Positions 1-12,496 are shown, numbered from the stretch's first letter. The stretch: DNA of 64,000 nt from Lingula anatina (GCA_051362555.1 CM120644.1:16080534-16144533), one strand, 5' to 3'. Numbers and translations: made by a program. Notes: generated from the letters alone by a model not told the origin.

Positions 1-174
1 CGCAGTCACGCTTGTTAACCAACTTTTCAATTTTGCCTAGCCTAAGCTGAAATTTTAAGTGCTAACTCATAAATCAAGGCACTGTCTATATACATTCAAG
101 TTAATATCAGGGCCAAAACCAACATAACCAGTGATTTTACTTAACTCACTAACACACTTAAAATAAAAACTTAC

Positions 175-362
175 CTCACTCCTTGAAACCTGTCATATTT
201 CTGATACTTTTGATGTTACTTCAGTGCACACAGCTTTTAGTATAATTCGTATCAGCTTTAAGTAATCATCCAAGATTCATATGAATTCACATGTATGACA
301 GTGCAGTTATTTACTAGGCCAATGGAATGATATATTGCATGTTGTCTACCTCTATTGCCTAA
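175..362 (-). other. Candidate non-coding exon of the same minus-strand transcript
   Basis: Acceptor ttttgaatttgtag, donor GAG|gtaagt; no open frame. Confidence 0.4.
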
Positions 363-1020
363 CTACAAATTCAAAAGCATAGGCGGCCTAGATCTCCCCT
401 CGGCGATCAAATCGCTACACGATTTTTGTCATTATGGGACAATTTGATGAATGAAATAATATTACTTCATAAAAGTTTGATTTGATTGCCTGCAGGATAT
501 TTCTCTTATTTTGCCAATGTCATTCACCTTGAATAATCATCTGTTCAAATTTAAGGCATGAACACAAATGGTCTTTCTTTTTTCATTTACAGTCAACCAG
601 CAAAATTAATAGTCATATCATGTCATATGGAGCAATTCATTTTTTGATGGCTGAACATGATATATATGTAAAATGCAATTAAACTAAACTAAGAACATAA
701 GAGTTCAGATGTAGATGGTATAGTAAAGTTCAGAGAGAGAGAGAGAGAGAGATCAACAACAACAAAAAAGGAAGACAGCAACGATCATTTTTTCTTTTTC
801 AGAAAGAGCTAGACCCCCTTTGAACTGCTAGAGGTCTTCACTAAGTATTCACAATTTAATTAAAAAAAAGACGAACATAAATACAGTGATATCATTCTGA
901 GCATACATAAATAAATACAGTAAGTGAAAAAAGATTGAAGTGAATGAATAAATGATTAAATCAATCAATCAATCAAGCAGGCAATACTAATATTCAAAGA
1001 AAATTAACCAACACACTTAC

Positions 1021-1130
1021 TAGATCAAATCAAAATTCTTTAACATGCAGTTCCAGTCTGTTCCAGTTTTCAGTGAAATTTTTTCACGTCAAGCTTCCTC
1101 ACTTTGATTTCCTGCCAATGACTGGGGAAA
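1021..1130 (-). other. Candidate internal exon (5'UTR or non-coding) of a minus-strand gene running off the left edge
   Basis: Strong acceptor ctgtctcttcttctttccag and donor gtaagt; stops in all three frames. Confidence 0.55.
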
Positions 1131-1758
1131 CTGGAAAGAAGAAGAGACAGGTTCAACCTAATGCCTACAGCTTACGATATATAGAATTCAATCAATGAAC
1201 ATGGTTTAGAATAACACAATCCAACAGTGGAAAAAATTACAATAATCTGAATACTTTCGCAAACTAAAAATGTAAATATTAGATAATTTTTAAATTAAAT
1301 ATTTGTATTTATCTATTCTCTTGCTAAATGCAAATCTGATTAACAGACAGACACGCCTCCTCTTGTTTCAAAAGTACCCATATAATCACCAGCATTTATG
1401 TGTTAATGGCACTTCTCCCATCAACAAGAAGAGGTGTTGTTTTCCCTTTAAACTCGGATCAAGTTCAGATGCAACAATACGGCATGTAAGGAAATGCAAA
1501 AAATGAACAAGCTGTCATGCATCGCCTATGATATTGATACTCGTGCCAGTTTTGTGTTGTGGCCAGTAGCATCCTCTTACTATCATTTTGGGTTGAATAC
1601 AATACTTATAAGTATTACTTCACATGCCTGTTCGAAATATGAGTTGCCATAATAATAAATGTCAAGGTTTGAAAACCCATTCTTTGACGCACAATGTGAA
1701 TGTGGCTAAGTTTCATCAGCTTTGTAATTTCAGTAGCAATTTGCAAGATTTTTTTTTT

Positions 1759-1762
<4 letters not shown>

Positions 1763-1817
<55 letters not shown>
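1763..1817. repeat. (TG)n microsatellite after poly-T
   Basis: Direct observation. Confidence 0.97.
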
Positions 1818-1818
<1 letters not shown>

Positions 1819-1890
1819 TAAGTCTAGGAGTTGCAATCTAACACACAAACCTAGATGCAAGCCACCTGATCAAAGAGGACCTAAAACACA

Positions 1891-2046
1891 GGGGCCATTC
1901 ACAATGAGCTATGTCGACTTAGCTAATGCGCACTAACTGAGGGAGACCATCATGGAATTATCAACATTGCTTTTGAAGTGGGGAGCAGCCATATTTAGTC
2001 GGCCAATCAGTTAGCTAGTACTCGGATCATCTATTCTGAGTGGCCA
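1891..2046. mobile_element. Degenerate Harbinger/Tourist-like MITE
   Basis: ggccattcacaat ... attctgagtggcc ends; shares gccatatttagtcggc with other copies. Confidence 0.55.
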
Positions 2047-2223
2047 TTAAGTCAAGAATTCCTGAGTTTCGTCAGTGTGGAAGTTCTTTTAGTCATTAGT
2101 TTCCAATTCACAAGCCAGCATTTTGTTTGCTTGTATTGGCACTTATTCAAGGAGAAGGACTGGTGAAGTATGTTTATTTATGAGGCTATTGACTAAAGAA
2201 CTTCTAAATTGCTACATTATCAG

Positions 2224-2482
2224 GCCTTATAAATGGATTAGGTGTTTACTAACACTATCCACAGATCTTTTAGCAATAACACCCATATTAAACACATAAC
2301 CCACAAATTAACCAGCACTACCAGAGTGGATGAATGTTAGTGTTAGGTATCGCTTTGTTGGTGCTAAATAATTGTATGGTGTGTTGGTAAATTCAAAGTT
2401 TTTTTGGGGGTTAATATGAGCGTGAATTAGCGCTAAGAGATATGCGGGTAGTGTTAATAAACACCTCATTCGTTTATAAGGC
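2224..2482. mobile_element. Foldback MITE
   Basis: gccttataaatggattaggtgtttactaacacta is inverted to tagtgttaataaacacctcattcgtttataaggc, with further inner complementarity. Confidence 0.7.
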
Positions 2483-2682
2483 ATGTTCGGAGGCTATTGA
2501 CAAAAAGAACTTGCAAATTACTTCATTATGTGAAGAAATCAATTTGGCTGAGTAGTTCCATACGTTGGTGAGCAGTGCCATGTACTTTTTAGATGTAATC
2601 TTTCCAAATCTCTCAATGATGAATGAAAAGATTTGCCTGTCGCACAATTGAGCAGTGAAGAATAGCATAAGAAGCTGCCAAT

Positions 2683-2909
2683 GAGAGCATTCACATCGAG
2701 AAGAGCCGAGGTATAGCAAGGCCGAGACCTAAATATGGCAGACCTACATGAAAGGAAGGCCGCGTAATCCTTTAATAGTCTCTCAATGAATGTCATTGAA
2801 TGTCATTGTGAGACCATTAAAGGATTACGTGGCCTTCCTTTCATGTAGGTCCACCATATTTAGGTTTCGGCCTTGCTAGACCTTGGCTCTTCTCGATGTG
2901 AATGCTCTC
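2683..2909. mobile_element. Near-perfect foldback MITE (family B, aaatatggc core)
   Basis: About 100-bp arms, gagagcattcacatcgagaagagcc... / ...ggctcttctcgatgtgaatgctctc. Confidence 0.88.
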
Positions 2910-3714
2910 GATGTAATCCAATAAGTTAAAAGCAGAGGTTTTTTTTTCTGATGGAAACAAAGCTAAGAAACTGCCAATGTGATCCAATATGTTAAAAGCA
3001 GAAGTATCCTTTTTTTCTCAAGGAAACAAAGCTATTTCATTATGGGTAAACATCTAAGGTTTCAAAATGCCTTGTTTCAAACAGTTACTGATGCCCTTAG
3101 TCATGAAAGAGACACGTTCATGGAAACACTTTAAGACTCCCTGTGGGAAGTGATGGAAATACTACTTTCAACTTATCTCGAAAACATACTAACAGACAGC
3201 ATATTATTGGAAAATCTTTTTGTTGGTCTATAGAAATTCTTCTTGATTAAGATTAAGTAACAAAGCGCACTGCTTAATGAAAATTTTGATTTTTATTCTG
3301 GATCTTATATGGACACAGAGATCATGACGTTGCAACTTTATCACATGGCCTACTTCGAGTGAAGTACTAGTAATTTTGTGTTGTCGCAAGTGTCACGTGG
3401 TAAGAGTCAAAACATCACGATCTCCATTTCAATGTTAGATCCAGTTTTAGTATTTATTTTTCATTATCTTAGTATATTTTAACCGGTTGAATCAAAACTT
3501 TCACTTTGAATAGTACTGCCCTTCAATCAACCATCCATCTATGATGGACCCTGATAGGACCGGTCGGGTGAATGTTGATTTTGCATCTGAAGGCGAAGTG
3601 CAGTATAGATGTCAAGTATCTATCTGCATCACGACCCAATATCCTCTCTGCATTTAACTCCACCAGGGCCTTTCAACTTCTTTCGGGTTACAATACTATC
3701 CCCTTTCTTAAATC

Positions 3715-3962
3715 CCATTCCCATACCTAGATCAATCTAGCAGGATCAGTCCATCTCCGGGGGGATTCTCGCTAAATTGCCGTCTGCTAAAGCGACTCAG
3801 ATGTCTTGCATGCCTACTGAAGCTGTTAGGGGGTAATAACTATTGTTAAGCAGCTTCAGTAGGGGTGCCAGACATCTCAGCCTCTTAAGCAGAGTGCAAT
3901 TTAGCGAAAATCTTTTTGGAGATGAGCGGATCCCCCTAGATCGATCTAGGTATGGGAATGGA
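3715..3962. mobile_element. Foldback MITE family A
   Basis: ccattcccatacctagatc ... gatctaggtatgggaatgg; complementarity continues to the central agggggtaataactatt loop. Confidence 0.88.
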
Positions 3963-4651
3963 ATCTTAGATGTCACAATCATTCCCCATCCCAGATGATA
4001 CAGTCCTGCCTCTTAACAAAGGAAAACCTCGTCTCTTAATTACAATAAAGTAGTACCACTCAACGTTTTTAGCTTGCATACTACTATGAATGAAACACAG
4101 ACCTTCTGTCTGAAATCACCATCCATGTGCACTGTCTATGTATAACTAATTAAAATCTAATGGTGATGTACTAGTATGACACTTGTTATTAATTAAATCT
4201 CTTAAGTCAAGAATAACCACTTTGTCAGACGCAATTGATTAAAAAAGTACAGATGCAAAGTCAAGTCAATTGTCTGTATATATTCTTCCACTTTGTCTTT
4301 GTTTGCACAAGTTTTTCTTTAATTTTTTTTTTGAAAATTTTTGATGATGTTAATAGCTACTGAGGCAATCAAAGCACCATCTTCTTAGTGCTTCTTTGAT
4401 GAGATAATTTTCGATGAGTGATAGGATTCTCATACCAAGGAAAAAAAAAACTTCAAAAACTGAATGAAACGAGCTGCTGACAATGGTTGAATGAAAATCA
4501 ATATACTGAGTTGGAGATTCTATTTCAATATTGTCTTCATTTGTGTAAAAAGGATGCAAACTCAGTTAACAAGTTTATGTCTTACATTTATCTTCCTGTG
4601 TGTACTATGACATAAACTACTCATCTCATTTTCTTGATTACAGTATCTTCT

Positions 4652-4825
4652 CTGGGGTAGCGCTAGCAATTTTTTTCGCTTAGCCAAATCACCATATTTT
4701 TTGTCAATTTGTTATCAAAATGGTTATAATTTGGCTAAAACATGACAAATCAAGCCCTTTTTCTTTAGCCAATTTAAGTCAATTTTAGCATTTGCCTAAA
4801 TTGGCGAGTGTTAGCGCTACCCCAG
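4652..4825. mobile_element. MITE with 14-bp TIR and 5-bp TSD (hAT5-like?)
   Basis: ctggggtagcgcta / tagcgctaccccag, flanked by cttct on both sides; degenerate inverted copy at about 13155-13325. Confidence 0.8.
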
Positions 4826-6191
4826 CTTCTGCATGTTCCTAGTTCAGCAGACAAATGGGTTAAGTCCATAAAGGGCCTCCTCAATTAATTTATTGAATAT
4901 AATATAATTTAATTCATTGAATTTATAACTAATTCTAAGAAAAATATTTTAACATCCACCATGAATAGCAAATGTCTGCCACATGCATAATAACCTTATT
5001 CAGCATTATGGACTATTACAAAGCACACAACTTTTAAGGATATCCCATAAGGCATCACTATAGTACTCTTATTTCTCTCAGCAAGGCATCTTTCCAATGA
5101 GACTTTGCCAGAAGCTTTCATTTACTGGGAAATGGGACCTTAAATTGGAGATACAGTGTCTTTGCCAAAATCCTTAATGGATAGAGGAAACCTTTACTAA
5201 AGATAGTACATCATAAAAATGTTACACCATAGGGTGATGTAAAAAGGTATTAACTCACTGCTTCAGGTAATTTACATTCACTATCTACTAGTAATGTTCC
5301 AATAATTCATCCTTACAAGCTTCCTCTTTTTTTTCTCTCTTTGTCCAAACTTTGAACACCTTATTTCTGGTACTTGTTGAATGTAGAGGGAAAAAAAAAC
5401 AAAAGGAATTTATATTCAATTAATTTAAGTTTTAATATAACCACAGAACACAGTTGAATTCAACATTAAGGCTAAAAGGCACCTTTGAAAAAACAAGTCT
5501 TTTTTTTTAACATCCAGTTTAGACCCAGTAGGAGATGTACTTAATGAAATTTGTCTATCTCCTTAACCTTATTATAATTCTTAGGCTAGAATTAATGATA
5601 AAATCTCTGAACAAACAGGCAAAATAGTTGTTCTTGTGATCAACCAGTAAAAGAAAAATCTGTCATCTGAATATGAAATAAGTCTAATTTCTCCCAGTCC
5701 TTAACACGAGACATTTTTAGAATGGGAAGGATTTATTCTCACTGGATCTCTATACCTTATGCCAATTGAACCAATATCCGGCATTACTTTACATTTCTAT
5801 TTTTCCCTCTAAAATAAATTGCATTCTTCTGCATGAGTTCTAATTCCATTACATGATTATGAAGCTTTTTTGCTTTTACCCTTTCTAAACGTATTTGAAA
5901 AAATCAATGTTAAACCCATCATGCCAATTTCAATGAAAAAACATCAGGTTACATTGCCTCAGTGATCTAACAACAGCAACGATGAAACAACTTTGAGAGG
6001 CTGATGGAATTTGAAACATTTTGCTTCTGGCTGAACACACTGCATTTTTAATAGGGATCATCTGAGATAAGACTGCGTAATATCATACAAGACTAGAAAT
6101 GTGCGCGAATTAGCAGGATTTGGCGTTTAAAATTATACAGGGTAAAACTTTTTGTGTAGGATAATTATGTAGTCATTAGAAATCGAGTCAA

Positions 6192-8236
6192 AACTAGAGG
6201 ATCAGAGAGGCGATACCGCCTCCGAATATTGTACCACCAGCTGGAGCAAGCGCATTCGTATAGACCCCCACATACACAAAATAAGGGACACAGCCACCAG
6301 TCTTATGCTTGACAAGCTATAAAAATGCAATCAACAAGAATTTTCAAAATACGCAAAAAATATATATAACTTAAAATGGTACAATCAAAGTTAAGTTCAT
6401 CGTAAGGTAGGTCAAAGGTCAATTTCAAGGTCACAGTAAATTGCCAGTATATGACTTCCTATTCAACTTCAATAGTAACTATGGACCTATCTCTGCCAGC
6501 TTTGGAGTTAAAAGAGAAAGAAATTAGCAGAGTTCAGTTCATGATTATAAGTAGGTCAAAGGTCAATTTCAAGGTCACACTTAGATTGCCAGTATATGAC
6601 TTCCTATTCAAGTTCAATAGTAACTATGGACCTATCTCGCTAGTTTTGGAAATAAAAGGGAACCAAAATTTGCAAAGTTCAATTCATGATAAAAAGTACG
6701 TCAAAGGTCAATTTCAAGGTCACATTTAGATTGCCAGTATAGGACTTCCTATTCAAGTTCAAAAGTTACTATGGACCTATCTCTGCCAGTTTTGGAGATA
6801 AAAGGGAAGCAAAATTTCCAAAGTTCAGTTCATGGTGAAAGGTAGGTCAAAGGTCAATTTCAAGGTCACATTTAGATTGCCAGTATATGACTTCATATTC
6901 AAGTTCAATAGAAACTATGGACCTATCTCTGCCAGTTTTGGAGATAAAAGGGAGGCAAAATTTGCAAAGTTCAGTTCATGGTGAAAAGTAGGTCAAAGGT
7001 CAATTTCAAGGTCACAGTAAGATTGCCAGTACATGACTTCCTATTCAACTTCAATAGTAACTATGGACCTATCTCTGCTAGTTTTGGAGATAAAAGGGAA
7101 GCAAAATTTGCAAAGTTCAATTTATGGTGAAAAGTAGGTCAAAGGTCAATTTCAAGGTCACAGTAAGATTGCCAGTATATGACTTCCTATTCAACTTCAA
7201 TAGTAACTATGGACCTATCTCTGCCAGTTTTAGAGATATAAGGGACTAAATGTTATAATTTTGGAGTTACCTTAATGTGCCATAAATTTCCTACAGAAAA
7301 AATTAATTAAAATAAAGAAAAGGTCATTTTGGTCAAAATTCTTGAAATGGGAGGTGCTCTGAAGTTCCAGAAGTTCAAGTTTGATGAAATAATGTCATTT
7401 TTGACCACAAGTTGTCTGCTTTGCCAAGCCTTATGTTTTATTTTTCCAAATTCAAAATTTATTATCCATTACCGTACTGCACATTTTGCTTTCACCACCA
7501 ATATGTACTATTTGATACAGCGTAACTCGAAAACCGTATGGAATACAAAAAAACAGAGACCACCACCAGTGTTGGGCTTTACATGCTCTACAAAATGCAA
7601 AAAAGAATGGGTCTCTAGCATTAACGGTTCCCGAATTAGAGACAGTTTTCAGTTTCGGTATCTTATGGCCGCTACACCCGTGAAAATGCACCGATTGACC
7701 CCAAATTCACACAGATGAAAGATGACCTGAAGGGTAACATTTTCCAATAATATTATTGGTTAAGTCTGTGTGGTGTCTGAATAACAGCGCAAATAATTTT
7801 TTTTTCGTAAAAAAAATTAATTTTTTTGAAAATTTTTGCCCGTTTGACCTTGAAATAAAGGTCAAAGGTCAAATCCAAGGGCATATTTGAAATCTACACA
7901 TATGACTTTTGGAAAGCCGTCTGTAGAAATTTTTCCCATAATTCCTTCCATAGGGTAGATAATTAGCATTTAATTTTGCCATTTTTGGACAAGGGTGCAT
8001 TGCAATGAATGCCACACCTAGACCCCAATACCGACAAAGCCCAAATTTTACGTGGAACGAGTTGAGATTATAGGTGACCTAAATCCAAGAGATGGGTATG
8101 GGGGCCCTTACCGTCTAGGAGGAGAAGCGGTAACGGTAACATGGCGGCGGAGCCGCAGGAGCCGGCGGAGCCGGCGGAACGGACCGGATGGGACTAAAAC
8201 CATGTGTACCGCCAGCGCCAACGCTGGTGGTACAAT
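6192..8236 (+). mobile_element. Helentron-associated non-autonomous element (HINE/pearl/DINE-1 type), family 1
   Basis: 5' hairpin gaggcg-atac-cgcctc (6207-6222); subterminal IR ttgtaccaccagc (6229-6241) complementary to 8223-8235; internal tandem core; GC-rich ggagccggc microsatellite; 3' stem-loop 8205-8234. Confidence 0.8.
6400..7245. repeat. About 146-bp tandem array (6 units) inside HINE family 1
   Basis: Anchor aggtcaaaggtcaatttcaaggtcac at 6409, 6553, 6698, 6844, 6990, 7136. Confidence 0.95.
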
Positions 8237-8495
8237 GATACACAAATCATGACAAATTCCAACTGGAACAGTTATTCCATCAGCCCTAATTCGGCACAAC
8301 TTTCAAGTTCTTAAAAGGGGAACCAACCAAATTCTGTCAGCTTTGCATTGCTGCCACACTGCACTTACCAGTTTGTAGATATTTCTGATCCTACTCTTCC
8401 CAAATTCACGCAAAATCTCACTAGATTTTACACAAAGTCACCAGACTCTTAGAAATCTTAGAAGATCCCCGTTAGTGCAACTTCAGTCACACATA

Positions 8496-8738
8496 GATCG
8501 CATTCAGAACAGACAATTCGCAGACTAAATATGGCTGACCACACTTAAAAGCAAAGCCACCTAATATCCCAATGCCCTCCCCGCCTCACACAAATTAAAT
8601 CTAGGCTTCGAGGATTAATTGCTAGGCCCCTGCAGGGATGGCGTGTGATGAGGCAGGGAGACAATTAGAATGTAAGATGGCATTGCTTTCAGTGGAGTCA
8701 GCCATATTAAGTCTGCAGACCATCTGTTCTGAATGGGT
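8496..8738. mobile_element. MITE family B
   Basis: cattcagaacaga..gcagactaaatatggctgac / gtcagccatattaagtctgc..tctgttctgaatg. Confidence 0.78.
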
Positions 8739-9680
8739 ACATGTGTATATATCACGTAACTATACATATTCCGCGATTGCTTCCAAAACTCTAAAAATGA
8801 ATCTACTGTGCTCACTGACAAGATAAATTTATTTGTCATTCTTGTCAAGGAAATAAAAGTATATAACTCATAGTGGACCTGTTAAGTTTGGTGTACTACA
8901 TGGTGGAAGAAGAGCCCTCGACTCCTATTAGAAAAGTCTTGCCTCTTCACAAACGAAAATCTTGACTCTTATGTACAATAACGTAGTATAATATCCACCC
9001 AATGTTTTTAGCCAGCATACCACTATGAATAAAACATAGGCCTTCTGTGTAAAATCCTACGTAATTGCTATTTTTGATACCGATTTGTAAAGAAAAAAGA
9101 AACTCATCAATCAATAGGGATTTTGATCTTTCTTGGAAAAATGTCTCAGTTCAATTTGCATCATATCCACCATTTCAGTAGAATACAACTTGCCTACGGT
9201 GATTGTGTCATGTATCCACTTGCCTCAATTCTTCCACTTTTTTAAAATAATCATTTTCAGGCACCAGAATGTACTTTCTGTCCAAATAATTTCAAAACTT
9301 TCTTAATCAACATGGCATATTGTAAGAAACAAAACTTTACCTTATTTATCTATTTTATTTCTATTAATTTTTTTCATTGGGGGGGGGGGAGGCAAAGAAC
9401 AATTATTCCATGCTGCTTGAATTCCATGAGCAATAATTGTATATTCCTGCTAACCACAGAAACCAAAGCCATCCACGTACCAGCATCACGCCACCTGCTG
9501 CCCTTAATGAAAAGCATTTCAACAACTTTTGTCTGAAGAAGCTGACATTTAGAACTTGAAGTTTTTGTAAGCCTGTAAAAGTACAGTCTTGAATAAATCA
9601 GCTATGAGTGTGCACACACACATTTGCACACAAACATATACATGTGGATGCAAGCACTTATACACAGACAGATAAACTAA

Positions 9681-9898
9681 GTTCCCACAGATTAAGATTG
9701 ATCCATCTGGATCAACCTAACTCCCTGGGGGTTCAAGCTAAATTGTTGTCAGCTTCCAGGGGCTTAGCACGTGCAAAAGTTAATTACACCCTTACAACTT
9801 TTAGTAGGCGGGACAGACATTTAAGCCCGTTAAGCTGACAGCAATCTAGTGAGACTCCCTAGGGGGATAGATTGATCTAAATATCTATGGGAATGGTC
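9681..9898 (+). mobile_element. MITE family A copy
   Basis: ttcccacagatt ... atctatgggaatgg; collinear with 43685-43880. Confidence 0.8.
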
Positions 9899-10044
9899 TC
9901 TTACACATGCACACTTGCATGTAGTGCTAGATATATGTGCACATGCACACAAACAATTGTGCATGCAAGCACAACATACAAACACATCATTACTAATCCT
10001 TTTGTCAGATGTCAGGTACTTAATGAGATAGAAATTCTCTTTCA

Positions 10045-10268
10045 CCCCATTTCCATAGATTTTTAGATCGATCTATCCCTGTGGGGAGTCTCACTAGATT
10101 ACTGTCTGCTTGGCCGGCTTAAGCGTCTGTCCCGCCTACTAAAAGCTGTAAGGGGGTAATTAATTATGGTGCCCGCTCGGCTGACTGCAATTTAGCGTGA
10201 ACCCCCAGGGAGTTAGGTCGATCTAAAACTTAATCCTTAGATCGATCTAAAGCTGTGGGAAAGCACCC
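10045..10268 (-). mobile_element. MITE family A copy, inverted relative to 9681-9898
   Basis: ttccatagatttttagatcgatc ... gatcgatctaaagctgtgggaa; interior is the reverse complement of the previous copy. Confidence 0.8.
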
Positions 10269-10661
10269 TTTGTTTACATCAGGCCCCAGCTTTCAGAAAC
10301 CTTATGAGGGATGAACAAATTGGATAGAGTGTTGTCTTCTGGTTTATTATTCAGAGAGCTTAAGTGTTGCATGAGGCCTGGTGGCTCATTACTTTGTGAA
10401 ATTGTGTCTATGTAATGAGGAGGAAGCAGTAATATATCTCATATACGAATAACACCTCAGCATCCACACCACTTTCGAATGTTTTCACTGCAAATTGCAT
10501 AAGTCTCACGGATACTCTTGCTATACTTCTTGGAAAAATTACGTGAAGCTTCACACCTGCTTTGTTCCTTCTTGTTCACATGTTATGGAGCAGGTGTCAC
10601 ATGCTAAGATGGCTCACGAGAACCACTCAACGAAACTTTTGCAACGACACAGTGGAATTCC

Positions 10662-11025
10662 TTAAGGGATAACAGTCCTTCGTATGAGATCCACACTTCA
10701 CAATAAATATATTGCAAACACCTCATAGGAATATAATACATTCTATTTTACTGCCAAAAGGGCAGCTATCCCAATTATTCTGCAAAGTACTTGTCATAGG
10801 ACTATGTAACCTCCGTAATAACCTACTGTAATAATCTCTTAAAAGGAGATTTCTGAATAATTGCAATAATCTCCATTTCATCTTTTAAGAGATTATTACT
10901 AAAAAAAAACTTTAAAAAAAAACAAGGACTAATTTTGAATGTTTGAAAGAATTCACTAAACATTGGTAAGTATAGGGTAATTGTAGTTTACCCCAGGAAA
11001 ATCCAATTTTTTGGCCAAAATAAAC
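10662..11025 (+). mobile_element. Diverged Kolobok-like MITE copy
   Basis: ttaagggataac..cttcgtatgagatc start; collinear with 35556-35890 through cattggtaagtat..ccaggaaaat..ttttggccaaaa. Confidence 0.7.
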
Positions 11026-11441
11026 AAATGAATTTTGAGCACGGTATCTGGCACAAAAATTTTGCCTAAGTCATAAGGTTTCCTGTCACAAGCTCTCCCT
11101 GAACTCTCCCTGTTAAACTAAAGAAGACAGACAAGTATAGAGACAAGACCCAGATATGCCAACAGCTCATAACCCATGGCAATTAACCTATGCACAGTTA
11201 TTACAATGGTTACAATATTACAACAAAGGACGAAAATCAAATATCTTCACTGAGTCAGACACGCTTCAAACAGATGCTGGCCAAGAAAAATCAAATATGT
11301 ACAGAGTAGAAAGGTTGAGAATCATCTGGGGTCTCCTGAAATCCAGCTGCACAAACCCTGTGCTGATGCTGGACTAATGATGAAGATGATGATGAGGATG
11401 AAGATGAGTCAGGGCCTGACATTACCTTTTATCAACAAGGC

Positions 11442-12284
11442 CCGGTGTAACATGAAAATCTGACTCCCCCAGTCAAAATTTCATAATGAAAATCTGACTC
11501 CTCCCATGAAATTTTGACTCCCTGTCACAAACCTTTATAAATCTTATTTTATTTGAATATATAACTTTTATCTTGAAGTATGCATAATGGAGGATACATT
11601 GGCACTTTTTGAAAATTTTCATGAGGAAATAAGAAAATTAAAATATTTTTTTCACCCAATGACTCCTATGAAAAGGCTATGGGAGTCCAAATCCTTCAGT
11701 TAGTATGATGAATACTTGTTTCAAAAATTATCAAGTTTCACCAAAATTTTCACCACCAAACTTTAAAATACTAACAAAATATACGTCACAATGCAAACCA
11801 TGTGAAAAAAAATGGTATGGTGACTTAATATAAAATACTGCCTTTTCTTCATGAGAGTTCAAAATCCCATGGGTATGAATATAAAGATTTTTCATGATTA
11901 TTTTTTCATTTTTTGCACCCAATATTTTACCACCAAACTTTCAAATATTCCCAATATATTCTTCATTAAGTATACTAAAGGGACAAATGTTGAAATGATC
12001 ACCATGTAAATATCAAATAAAAAGCTTTTTCATAGGGGAGTCATTGGGTGATAAAATACACATTTTTAATTTTATTTTCTCATTGAATTTTTCACCTGCA
12101 AACTAACAAAAAGTGCAAATGTATTATCCATTATGCATACCAAAATATAAAAGTCATATACTCAAATAAAATAAGATTTATAAAGTTTTTTGGGGGGAGT
12201 CAAAATTTCATGGGGAAGTCACATTTTCATCATGAAAATTTGACTGGGGAGTTTTGGGGGAGTCAGATTTTCATGGTACATCGG
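11442..12284. mobile_element. 843-bp long-TIR foldback element (Mutator/FB-like)
   Basis: ccggtgtaacatgaaaatctgactccccc / gggggagtcagattttcatggtacatcgg; arms complementary for about 230 bp; subterminal tandem atgaaaatctgactcc repeats; no clear TSD. Confidence 0.8.
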
Positions 12285-12496
12285 TATTATACAAAGGTCT
12301 GTAGGCCCTTTTGGCTAGAATCCCCACAATCAGCTCTTAGGCATCTTGCTTCTTTTAATACTTCAACATCCCCAAATTTTCCCTACTAGCAAGAGTTATC
12401 AAATCAGTAGAGAAGCACCTTAGGAGACAACTTATAAAACTCTATCTGTGATTTATTTATGAACTGAATATAAATCACCACAGCATGCACCAGCTG

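Noticed and set aside
1615-1936. THTH/CVCV ORFs
   Set aside because: (TG)n microsatellite
7329-8299. 129-aa and Arg-rich ORFs
   Set aside because: Inside HINE family 1; no recognisable domain; the Arg-rich part is the GC microsatellite
11375-11410. Acidic (GAT/GAA)n coding-like run
   Set aside because: Preceded by a stop, with no splice signals; simple trinucleotide repeat
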